A stretch of 32,489 nt of DNA from Promethearchaeota archaeon (GTDB lineage: Archaea > Asgardarchaeota > Lokiarchaeia > Sigyniarchaeales > SOKP01). The notes below the pieces were generated by a model that had not been told where the DNA came from, searched no databases, and saw only the letters and a program-made list of their open reading frames with translations. Positions 1 to 8,905 of this stretch are shown here, in pieces. A program made the translations under genes and the position numbers. Location of the stretch: the NCBI GenBank assembly GCA_019058015.1, contig JAHLWH010000230.1, positions 1-32,489 on the forward strand, written 5' to 3'. Within the stretch, counting starts at the first letter, position 1; each line of letters starts with the position of its first letter.

Positions 1-490
1 GGCTTTAACAGTGGGTTTATATGAAATAATAAAAGAACCATATTTAAATGGAAGAATTGGTCAAGTAAGGGACTTTGCAAAAAAATTAGCTCAGAATGGA
101 ATTCCGGTTATTCTTCCTCCGGGAGGTCATGCAGTTTATATTGACATGGAAAAGTTTTTTCAGGGAACAAATATGAAAATTGATGATTTTGGGGGTGTAG
201 GTTTTACTATAGAGCTTTTAAAACATTACGGTATAAGAGCCTGTGAATTAGGGCCTTTTGCATTTGAATGGGATAAAAAACCTCCAGAACAGAGAAAAGA
301 TATTTTTAATTTGGTTCGATTTGCAGTGCCTCGGAATGTTTATAATGAATCTCATATTGCATATGCAGTTGCAGCAATAACTGAGTTATATCATGACAGG
401 CAAAAAATTCCGAAAGTAAAAATCTCACGTGGGGCTGATCTTAGATTACGACATTTTCAAACTGGACTTCAACCTATTTATGATGGATAA
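1..490 (+). CDS. Tryptophanase / tyrosine phenol-lyase family beta-eliminating lyase, C-terminal part (5' truncated by window edge)
   Basis: Motifs PPGGHAVYID, GIRACELG, LVRFAVPRNVY and LRHF match the C-terminus of TnaA/Tpl. The frame is open from position 2, so the true start lies upstream. Confidence 0.85.
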   Translation, partial: ALTVGLYEIIKEPYLNGRIGQVRDFAKKLAQNGIPVILPPGGHAVYIDMEKFFQGTNMKIDDFGGVGFTIELLKHYGIRACELGPFAFEWDKKPPEQRKDIFNLVRFAVPRNVYNESHIAYAVAAITELYHDRQKIPKVKISRGADLRLRHFQTGLQPIYDG

Positions 491-524
491 AAAAATCTTT
501 TCTAATCACTAAATCAATATAGAA

Positions 525-1067
525 TTATAATATAAAAATCGCTGCTGCAATTACTGTTGTCCATTTTTTTTCTACTCCAACGGTTGCGGTTACCGTTATA
601 CTTTTTGTTTTAATTGCTTTTCCTTTTTCTATAAAAATTTTGATTTTTTCATTATAATCTAAATCTTGATTAAATCTGATACCCCAAGTTGTTCCTAACA
701 TAGATGCGGCTAAATCTTCAGCAATCATACCAGCTTTTCTACTTTCGATACCAAAAGCTTGATACTCACTAAGATATCCATAAGAATTATTATTCACTAA
801 TCTTGCAACACCAATTGAAGCTGAGAGCAGTTTATCTAATTCATTAGAATTAGATCTACTTATCACTGTATAGATAATTTGCCCAGGTTTTAGGAGTCTT
901 AAGGCATCTGATAAAGAAATCTCCTCACATTCAGGAGGTATAATGGATGATACTTTTACTAAATTAAATTTTTCAATACCTGCATCTCTAAGTGCTAGCT
1001 CAAATGATTGTAATTTATCAAAATGATTTCCAACACCTTTAGTAAAAAAGATTTTTTTGGGGATCAT
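525..1067 (-). CDS. pdaD: Pyruvoyl-dependent arginine decarboxylase
   Basis: N-terminal IPKKIFFTKGVG and SFELALRDAGIEKFNLVKVSSIIP with the Ser-Ser autocleavage site; GYLSEY; C-terminal WTTVIAAAIF. Confidence 0.92.
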   Translation of the reverse strand: MIPKKIFFTKGVGNHFDKLQSFELALRDAGIEKFNLVKVSSIIPPECEEISLSDALRLLKPGQIIYTVISRSNSNELDKLLSASIGVARLVNNNSYGYLSEYQAFGIESRKAGMIAEDLAASMLGTTWGIRFNQDLDYNEKIKIFIEKGKAIKTKSITVTATVGVEKKWTTVIAAAIFIL

Positions 1068-1138
1068 ATAATTTTACCTTTAATAATATTGCACAACTGC
1101 TATAGGTAAATAAAAAGATATTGAGTAAAGAAAATTTT

Positions 1139-1618
1139 TTAATTTTTTTTATCGAAAGTTTTTTCTAATACAATTATTATAGGTTTGAAACCTCCACCTT
1201 TACAGATTACATCAATTACTTTTTTATCACCATCATATGCAAAATTAATTCTTATTCTATCAACGCCCCAGGATCTTAAGAGTTTCATCGCTCTATCAGC
1301 CAATATCTTCCCTATACCTTTTCCAAGATATTCTTTCTTGGTTGCCCAACTTTCAAGATAACCAATATATTCACCAAGTGAAGTTTTTTTAGCTTCTAAT
1401 ACTCCTAGAGCTACAACTTTACCTTCAACTTCAGCAACTAATGTCATTCTTTTTAAATTGGGTTTAAATTGCCGTAATCCGGAAGATTCTCTCCATTTAT
1501 CTTCATTAAATCCCATATCATATAATTCTGATAATTCTTTTAAAATTTCAAGAGTTTCTTTATAATCAGATTTTCGGTAATTTCGAATTATAATTTTATC
1601 TTCATCCATAATCAACAC
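1139..1618 (-). CDS. GNAT family N-acetyltransferase
   Basis: IIIRNYRKSD start, LVAEVEGKVVA, and acetyl-CoA binding motif YLGKGIGKIL. Start may be the ATG at 1609. Confidence 0.85.
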   Translation of the reverse strand: MLIMDEDKIIIRNYRKSDYKETLEILKELSELYDMGFNEDKWRESSGLRQFKPNLKRMTLVAEVEGKVVALGVLEAKKTSLGEYIGYLESWATKKEYLGKGIGKILADRAMKLLRSWGVDRIRINFAYDGDKKVIDVICKGGGFKPIIIVLEKTFDKKN

Positions 1619-1634
1619 TATATTTATCTAAATT

Positions 1635-2660
1635 TTACATATATTTTTGTATTTCAATTAGTTGTGTAAAAATTTTTAATTTTTTATCTTTTTGAGATAT
1701 ATTCAAAATATAAGAATCTATATGGGGGTATAATGGGGCTACAAAGAGCAATTCCTCATGTGGATACCATTCATCAACGATTTCATTCAATATTTCTTTT
1801 TCAAAAAAATCTCTAATATGAGAAATTGTTACTTGCATAGAATTCATATTGCTTTCAGAATTGTTTTCAATAACAACTTCTAATTCTTGACTGTTTTTTG
1901 AAAAATTTATTTCTGAAATTTTAAAAGGATTAAAAGTTCCTTGTAACATTTTGGAAGAAGCTGCTTTTTCAAATAGATTTATATCATCATATGGTGCCCC
2001 TTTAAATCCTTTTAATGAAGAAATATAGAATCCCTTTAGTGTTAAAAAAGACATAGCTTTCTGTTTCTTAATTGAATCAGATTTACTGTCCATTACCACA
2101 TCTCCAAAATATTTCAATATGGTATTATGAATATCAAAATTGATATTTCGTTTAATATCATAACTTTTTTTTATATTATCTAACATCGATTTCGTTTTAA
2201 TGACTGCGCTTTTAGCAATTTCTCCCTCAATTAATTCCCATAGAACATCATTATATTTTTGTTGTATTATTTTTGAAAGCTTTTTGATAAGGGAACTTCC
2301 AAAAATTTCAATTTCATTAGGTACGGCGACAATAATAATAATAGTTTCTGGAGTGTCTTTTTTTAATCCTGCCCTCTCTTTTTTTCGTTCAGATTTCACT
2401 AAAAACTTTTTTGCAAAATATACTTTCTTTTTATATTCCAGATCCACATGATCCAATATTTCTTGTTCTTCAAAATCTAAAAACCAAATAGAATGAATGT
2501 TTATTGGTCGCATTACTTTAGGATCATATATTAATTTTTCATCTGGATAAGATAATAAAGGCATATGACCCCTCATTTCATCGAAATAAAGTAAAAAAAC
2601 TTCACACAGATCTAACCTTGAAGAATCTCTTATGCTTTTATCATCAAATATGTTAGCCAT
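1635..2660 (-). CDS. uDENN/longin-like N-terminal domain protein with a shared C-terminal beta-sandwich-like domain
   Basis: N-terminal FLLYFDEMRGHMPLLSYP resembles the hhxFDxxxGxxhxxxYP start of uDENN/longin domains. The C-terminal ~95 aa align with the C-termini of 13692..15185 and 16203..17399. ATG at 2660 is preferred over the 2705 start in the ORF track. Confidence 0.55.
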   Translation of the reverse strand: MANIFDDKSIRDSSRLDLCEVFLLYFDEMRGHMPLLSYPDEKLIYDPKVMRPINIHSIWFLDFEEQEILDHVDLEYKKKVYFAKKFLVKSERKKERAGLKKDTPETIIIIVAVPNEIEIFGSSLIKKLSKIIQQKYNDVLWELIEGEIAKSAVIKTKSMLDNIKKSYDIKRNINFDIHNTILKYFGDVVMDSKSDSIKKQKAMSFLTLKGFYISSLKGFKGAPYDDINLFEKAASSKMLQGTFNPFKISEINFSKNSQELEVVIENNSESNMNSMQVTISHIRDFFEKEILNEIVDEWYPHEELLFVAPLYPHIDSYILNISQKDKKLKIFTQLIEIQKYM

Positions 2661-2804
2661 AATATTATCAAAAAGATGAAATATTAAAAAAACAATATAT
2701 CTCAAATAAACAAATATTAAAATTAAGATAAAATTTTTTGTATTGGTAAAGAATATATTGAATTTTTAACATCTTTATTTTATTTTTTTTTATCTTTTTT
2801 TTTT

Positions 2805-2960
2805 CAGCCAATCTTCTCTTAGCATATAATATCTCAAATCATCAAAATATTTTCCATCAATATATATCTCTTCTTTTAATGTCTCTTTTAATATGAATCC
2901 ATGCTTCTCAGCAATATATGATGAAGGTTTGTTTGGAGCAATTACCAAGTATAAATTTTA
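2805..2960 (-). pseudogene. C-terminal remnant of a RimJ/RimL-type GNAT acetyltransferase
   Basis: Reads VIAPNKPSSYIAEKHGFILKETLKEEIYIDGKYFDDLRYYMLK, matching the N.aS..vaEK.GF..EG.l....idGky.D...Y.l C-terminus. The N-terminal part is missing, and the expected terminal EDW lies in another frame. Confidence 0.65.
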
Positions 2961-2980
2961 ATTCTATGGTCTAAATCTTT

Positions 2981-3418
2981 CTAAATATTGTTTAATGGTC
3001 CTAATTTCTTAATTTGATTTGTAAAAGTAGTTATTAATTCAGCAAATTTTTTCCCTTCACTTGCGGATATCCATTCAAGCCGAAATCTATCTTCTAACCC
3101 CAAGAATTTTAAGATTTTTGTTAATTGTTCAAATCTATCTTTTGTAAATTCATTCCCGCTAATATAATGACAATCTCCTATATGACACCCAGTGACTAAC
3201 ACACCATCTATATTATCCTTAAAAGATTTTAAAATAAAAGCTGGTTCAACTCGACCCGAACACATTACTCGAATTATCCTAATAGAGGCAGGATATTGAA
3301 AACGAGATACTCCAGCCAAATCTGCTCCAGCATAGCTACACCAATTACAACAAAAACATACTATATTAGGTTTAAATTCTATATCTTGTTTTTTACTTGA
3401 TTTTTCTACGATTTTCAT
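2981..3418 (-). CDS. mvhD: MvhD-type [2Fe-2S] subunit (cysteine form)
   Basis: FCCNWCSYAGADLAG, IRVMCSGRV, GVLVTGCHIGDCHYISGN, WISASEG. Confidence 0.93.
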   Translation of the reverse strand: MKIVEKSSKKQDIEFKPNIVCFCCNWCSYAGADLAGVSRFQYPASIRIIRVMCSGRVEPAFILKSFKDNIDGVLVTGCHIGDCHYISGNEFTKDRFEQLTKILKFLGLEDRFRLEWISASEGKKFAELITTFTNQIKKLGPLNNI

Positions 3419-3437
3419 ATTTTTTCATTCATTCTCT

Positions 3438-6400
3438 TTAATTTTTTAAATATGCCTCAATCATCGCATTTATTTGTTTAAAACTAAAATGCTTAATAAT
3501 AATTGCCGAATTAGGGCATTGAACACCACAGGTACCACATCCTTTGCATAACGCAGAATTAACATTGGATTTTTTTAAACGAAGTGTATAATCTTCAAAT
3601 GTTTTTTCAACCTCAATTAATTCTATTGCGTTATATGGACAAACATCAGCACATTTCCCGCAGCCGATACAATAATCTTCTATTACTTCAGCAACAAGAC
3701 CAGAAGTTTTCATTTCTTTAGCACCTAAAATTCTGATGGCTCTTCCAGCTGCACCATTTGCTTGAGCTATTGATTCTTGAATATTCTTAGGCCAATGAGC
3801 ACAACCACATAAAAATACTCCATCTGTTGCAAAATCAATTGGTCTTAGTTTAACGTGAGCTTCTAGAAAAAAACCGCTTTGATCTTGCGGAACTTTCAGC
3901 ATTTTTGATAATTCTTTAAAATTTTCAGGTGCAATCATAGGTGTAGCTAAAATTATAAGATCGCTATAAAATTCTACATCTCCTTTTAAATTGTGTTCGA
4001 ATAGGGTAATTTTATAATTAAATTTTCTATTTTGAGTTTTTGAAATTATAGGAAGTTTATCCAATGAATATCTTAAGAATAAAGCGTTTTTTCTTGAATC
4101 CCTATAAAATTCTTCATTCCCTTTTTTGGACATTTGAAGATCTCGATAAATTAAAATTAATGCCAAATCAGGTTTTAATTTTTTTAGGATATTAATATTC
4201 TTTAATGCATTTGTACAACATATATTAGAACAATATGTTATACCCTTTTTTTGTCTGGAGTTCACACATAAAATAAAGGTAATACTTTTAATATTATCTA
4301 GCCATTCTATATTTTCTTTCCTTAATTTTTGCTCTAATTCAAGTTGTGTAATAACATTTTTTTCTTTTTTGTAATTGTATATTGTTTCCGGTATCAACTC
4401 TTTCGATCCAGTTGCAACAATTATTATTCCAACTTTTATATTATTAACTTTATTTCCTTTAGTAGTTATTATAACATCATAATTTCCAATATATCCCCTA
4501 ATTTCCGTGATATTTGAATTTAAATAAATATTAATGTTTGAATGTGATTTTACTTTATTTACAAAAGGTTCTAAAAATTCTGAGGCTTTTTGATATCCTG
4601 GGAAAATTTGATATAAATTATTTAAATTTCCACCAAGTTGAGATTCCTTTTCTACAAGATGGGTTGTAAACCCTTGTTTTGCAATATTTAATGTGGCGCT
4701 TAAACCAGAGATGCCACCACCGATTATTAATGCCTCTGAAGTAATTGGTAATTTTGATTCTTTTTGTGGTTTTAATAATCTCGATTTTGCAACAGCCATT
4801 TCTATGAGGTCTTTGGCTTTCTTAGTACCATCCACTTTTTGTTCCATATGTACCCAAGAACATTGATCTCGAATATTAACCATTTCAAAAAGATATTTAT
4901 TCAAACCCGCTTCTTCACATGTTTCTTGAAATAATTTTTCATGAGTTCTAGGCGTACACGACGCAACAATAAATCTATTTAAATCATATTCAGCAATCAA
5001 TTCCTTAATACTAGTTTGGGAATCACTAGAACATGAATATAAATTATCTACTGTAATATTCACATTGGGTAATGTTTTGATATATTCTACAACCTGGGGA
5101 ACATCTACATATTTTCCAATATTTATTCCACAATGGCAAATCATAACACCTATGCAAGGTTCATCTTCTAAGTTTATCTTTTTTTCAGGTACAGATACTA
5201 CCTTTTCTTTTAACAGAGTATTTCTCACTGGATATAGTAATGTTGAAACCTTATTTGCTACTCCACTTGCATCAGCAACTGTTTCAGGGATATCTAATGG
5301 TCCTTGACAAAAACCACATAGAAAAATTCCCTCTCGTACAGATGATAATTTATCGTATAATGTCTTTTCCTTAAAAAATTTATATTTATCAATATTTATT
5401 CCTAATATTTTGGCAACTTTCTCAGAATCCTCAGATGGAACCAATGGTGTTGCCAAGATTACTAAATTTGCCCTTAAATCGTTAAACTTTCCATCATTGA
5501 GATCTTCATAATGTATAATTAAATCTTTGGTTTCAGGATCTTCTACTATTTTGCTAATTTTTGAATTAAAATATTTGACCCCATACTCATCTTGTGCTCT
5601 TTGAGTATATTCATAAAAATTTTTTCCATATGCCCTCAAATCATGCCTAAAAATATAACATTCTGAAGAATTCGAATGTTCTTTAGTAATTATTGCTTCC
5701 TTTGCTATATACATACAACAGACACTAGAACAATAAGGAATTCCAATATGAAAATCTCTAGAACCAGCACATTGTATAAAAGCAATTTTTTGGGGTTCCT
5801 TTTCATCTGATAATCTTAAAACGTGCCCCTCGAATGGACCAGAAGCACATAAAATCCTTTCATACTCTAAAGAGGTAATAACATTTTCATATTTATAACC
5901 CCAATTATCTGGAAGTTTAGAAGCTAACATATCAAAACCAATAGCAACTATAATTGCCCCAACTTCTATTTGGACTTCTTCTGGTTTCTGCTCAAAATTA
6001 ATCGCTTGTGCCTCACAGATTCTTTCACAAACTTTACATACTCCTTTATTTAAAAATAAACACATGTCTGAGTCAATTAGATAGACTGGAGGAACAGCTT
6101 GTGGAAATGGGATATAAATAGATTTTCTTTTTCCCAAGTTCATATCAAAAATATTTGGAGCCTCAATCTTAGGACATTTCGAGGCACAATCGCCACAACC
6201 CGTACATTTATTCTCATCCACATATCTTGGTTTTTTTAAAATTTTTATATAAAAATGACCTACATGACCTGATACTTCAATGACTTCTGAATAAGTCATT
6301 AATTCAATATTTGGATTTCTAAAAATCTCAACCATTTTTGGAGCAAGGATACATAAAGAACAATCATTAGTAGGAAATGTTTTGTCTAATTGAGCCATAC

Positions 6401-6563
6401 GCCCTCCAATTGAAGGAGTCTTTTCTACTAGAAATACTTTAAATCCCATTTCAGTTAAATCTAAGGAGGCTTGAATTCCTGCAATACCTCCACCAATTAC
6501 TAAGACTGCTCCGATTAAATCATCAGTTTGACTTTTTTGTGATGATTTTTTACTTTTACTCAT
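3438..6563 (-). CDS. hdrA: Large (1041 aa) heterodisulfide reductase subunit A-like flavoprotein with two HdrA FAD modules (cysteine form)
   Basis: GGGIAGIQASLDL, GGRMAQLDKTFPTNDCSLCILAPKM, inserted ferredoxin, QCAGSRD..YCSSVCCM; then an internal CHCGINI / SCTPRTHE / IRDQCSW domain, a second GGGISG module and a C-terminal 2x[4Fe-4S] domain. Confidence 0.93.
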   Translation of the reverse strand: MSKSKKSSQKSQTDDLIGAVLVIGGGIAGIQASLDLTEMGFKVFLVEKTPSIGGRMAQLDKTFPTNDCSLCILAPKMVEIFRNPNIELMTYSEVIEVSGHVGHFYIKILKKPRYVDENKCTGCGDCASKCPKIEAPNIFDMNLGKRKSIYIPFPQAVPPVYLIDSDMCLFLNKGVCKVCERICEAQAINFEQKPEEVQIEVGAIIVAIGFDMLASKLPDNWGYKYENVITSLEYERILCASGPFEGHVLRLSDEKEPQKIAFIQCAGSRDFHIGIPYCSSVCCMYIAKEAIITKEHSNSSECYIFRHDLRAYGKNFYEYTQRAQDEYGVKYFNSKISKIVEDPETKDLIIHYEDLNDGKFNDLRANLVILATPLVPSEDSEKVAKILGINIDKYKFFKEKTLYDKLSSVREGIFLCGFCQGPLDIPETVADASGVANKVSTLLYPVRNTLLKEKVVSVPEKKINLEDEPCIGVMICHCGINIGKYVDVPQVVEYIKTLPNVNITVDNLYSCSSDSQTSIKELIAEYDLNRFIVASCTPRTHEKLFQETCEEAGLNKYLFEMVNIRDQCSWVHMEQKVDGTKKAKDLIEMAVAKSRLLKPQKESKLPITSEALIIGGGISGLSATLNIAKQGFTTHLVEKESQLGGNLNNLYQIFPGYQKASEFLEPFVNKVKSHSNINIYLNSNITEIRGYIGNYDVIITTKGNKVNNIKVGIIIVATGSKELIPETIYNYKKEKNVITQLELEQKLRKENIEWLDNIKSITFILCVNSRQKKGITYCSNICCTNALKNINILKKLKPDLALILIYRDLQMSKKGNEEFYRDSRKNALFLRYSLDKLPIISKTQNRKFNYKITLFEHNLKGDVEFYSDLIILATPMIAPENFKELSKMLKVPQDQSGFFLEAHVKLRPIDFATDGVFLCGCAHWPKNIQESIAQANGAAGRAIRILGAKEMKTSGLVAEVIEDYCIGCGKCADVCPYNAIELIEVEKTFEDYTLRLKKSNVNSALCKGCGTCGVQCPNSAIIIKHFSFKQINAMIEAYLKN

Positions 6564-6574
6564 TTTGTAGATAC

Positions 6575-7750
6575 CTACTTATTTTGTTTTGAGGGTATAA
6601 CTTCAATAACGTTTTCCAAGAGATTTGATAAATCTATTACATTAATATCTTGGACAGTTTCTGTATCATTTTGAAGGCATCTAAAGTGAATTTCACATTT
6701 TGGACAAGTAGTAATTAAATTATCAGCAACATCTTTAGCTTCCAACATTCTATGATATCGAAGTGCTTTTGCTTGTTCAGAGCAATTTAGCCAACAACTT
6801 ACTCCGCAACATAAAGAATTGGATTTATTGTGAACCATTTCATTATATACATAACCTACTTTTTCCAATTCTTTAAAAATATATCTTATTTTTTCATATA
6901 TATTAAAAGATTTTGGTAAAAATCTACTTAATCTACATGGATCATGATAAGTTAATTTGAGTATTTTTGTGTTTTTCTTTTCCTTTTTAAATTTAATTTT
7001 ATTTTCCTTCAATTTCTCATAAAGATATTCAACAAGGTGTTTAACCTCAATATTAAAATTCTCAAACATCGAAGGATAATCAATTTTAAGAGTCCTATAC
7101 CCTTCTGCACAAGAAGTTACTATTAAAGAAGCTCCACTTCTTTCAAAAGCTTTTATATTATGGATTGCTAATTTTTTAAAAGCTTCGATTTTACCTTGCC
7201 ACAATAAATCATGACCACAACATTTTTCATCTTTCAATAAAACTATTGGTTCATTTTCAATTTTGCATAATATTTTTAAAGTATCTACAGCATTATTCAT
7301 TGACTCATCGAATTCATAATAAAAAAGGGGAGCACATCCTACAAAATATAAGATATTTCCCTCTTCTGATACCTTACACCCAGAAGGAACCCACTCAAAA
7401 GTCTTTTCCGGAGTAATATTTTCTTTACTCATAATTTCCGAAAGAAGTGTATAGAATCCCTTATGAGCAATTTTAGGCATAATTCCGGCATCCAACATTT
7501 TATTTCTTGCATCACGTACTATTTCAGCAAAATTAACTTCATGTGGACATTTTTCAAGGCAAGAATTGCAAGTTAAGCAATCCCAAAGCATTCCACTTTC
7601 AACAATTCGATCTTCAAAACCTTCAATGATCAGTTGTATTATCCTACTAGGAGTGTATTTTTGGATTCTTCCCATTTGGCAAATGCCACTACACATAGCA
7701 CATTGATAGCAATTATTAAGATATTCTCTTAATTTTCCTTTTATAACCAT
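6575..7750 (-). CDS. HdrD-like (HdrC-HdrB type) Fe-S / CCG-domain oxidoreductase
   Basis: CYQCAMCSGIC and WDCLTCNSCLEKCP ferredoxin motifs; two CCG domains (KCCGH..VTSCAEG; YHDPCRL..LCCG..TTCPKC). Confidence 0.88.
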   Translation of the reverse strand: MVIKGKLREYLNNCYQCAMCSGICQMGRIQKYTPSRIIQLIIEGFEDRIVESGMLWDCLTCNSCLEKCPHEVNFAEIVRDARNKMLDAGIMPKIAHKGFYTLLSEIMSKENITPEKTFEWVPSGCKVSEEGNILYFVGCAPLFYYEFDESMNNAVDTLKILCKIENEPIVLLKDEKCCGHDLLWQGKIEAFKKLAIHNIKAFERSGASLIVTSCAEGYRTLKIDYPSMFENFNIEVKHLVEYLYEKLKENKIKFKKEKKNTKILKLTYHDPCRLSRFLPKSFNIYEKIRYIFKELEKVGYVYNEMVHNKSNSLCCGVSCWLNCSEQAKALRYHRMLEAKDVADNLITTCPKCEIHFRCLQNDTETVQDINVIDLSNLLENVIEVIPSKQNK

Positions 7751-7775
7751 AGAATTGTTAGAAATTTGAGTAATT

Positions 7776-8888
7776 TTAAAATTTAACTCCTAAATTTTTT
7801 TGCGATAAATTATATCTATCTTCTTTATATTTTGAAAACTGAATTAATTTTTCTAACATTTTTTCTCTTTTTCCTTCTAAATCCTCTAAAACTTTTATAT
7901 ATCCCTCATTTATAGCGGATTTAACAATATTTGTTCCAAGTTTGGTTCTAGGTATAGTTGTTGTATATTTTTCAGGTGATGATAACCCACCAAATGAAAT
8001 ATCTGCATAAATATTAGTAAAATCATTACATGCATTACAAGCGGAACGTATATAATCTGATAATTCACTAAACGATATATGCTGAATAATTTCACTTCCT
8101 TTTAATTTTATTAACATATCTTCCTTAATATTTAATTTCTCAATCTCTTCAATTTTTAAATTAAATTGAGTTTCAAATTTCTCTTTTTTATCTTTACCCA
8201 TTGTAAAATTTCCATAACAAAATAATCCAAGAAGATATTTTATATTTTGAGAGGGGGTAACCCCCATTTCATGCATACATCTTATCGTATAAATTTGACA
8301 AGGCGTTCCTATAACAGCTAACTTTTTAAATTTATATCTATTTAATGCCATAATTGTAGGACTATAAGTACTAAAATTAGCAATTTCTGTTACTTGTGAA
8401 GAAATATCAAAATGAGAACCTGCAGCTAAAATTAAATCATTTTTAGATTTTGCAATCATTGAATCTCTCGAAAATGGTCCCAACTTTTTTGAAACGATTG
8501 CTCCATCAATTAAATTATGTTCCAATAAATACAATAATATAGCAGATACTACTCCACCATCAGTTCCATTTTTTAAGAGATCTTTATCTAATGCTTGAAA
8601 TGAATATATCTCTTTATAATTACCAAGTGGTTTGATATAATTATATTGATTATTTAAATTATTTTCTAATACTTTAGTTTGTGGACAAATATGATAACAT
8701 ATTCCGCACTCTAAGCATTCTTTTTCATTTATAAATTGTGGTGGCAAATCTGGTTTAATAAAATCAATAATCCTATAATCAGCAGAACTACAAAAACTTA
8801 CACACCCACCACATAATTGACAAATGCCTTTATCATGAACTTCTTTAATTAAATCTTTAAAATTTTTTATTCGTTTATCTTGACTCAT
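7776..8888 (-). CDS. Coenzyme F420 hydrogenase/dehydrogenase beta subunit (FrhB/FdhB family)
   Basis: CQLCGGCVSFC and CLECGICYHICP; DGGVVSA, VIGTPCQ, LGLFC, ACNACNDFT..ADISFGG. Confidence 0.9.
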   Translation of the reverse strand: MSQDKRIKNFKDLIKEVHDKGICQLCGGCVSFCSSADYRIIDFIKPDLPPQFINEKECLECGICYHICPQTKVLENNLNNQYNYIKPLGNYKEIYSFQALDKDLLKNGTDGGVVSAILLYLLEHNLIDGAIVSKKLGPFSRDSMIAKSKNDLILAAGSHFDISSQVTEIANFSTYSPTIMALNRYKFKKLAVIGTPCQIYTIRCMHEMGVTPSQNIKYLLGLFCYGNFTMGKDKKEKFETQFNLKIEEIEKLNIKEDMLIKLKGSEIIQHISFSELSDYIRSACNACNDFTNIYADISFGGLSSPEKYTTTIPRTKLGTNIVKSAINEGYIKVLEDLEGKREKMLEKLIQFSKYKEDRYNLSQKNLGVKF

Positions 8889-8905
8889 TTTTCAACAAAA
8901 TTTTA

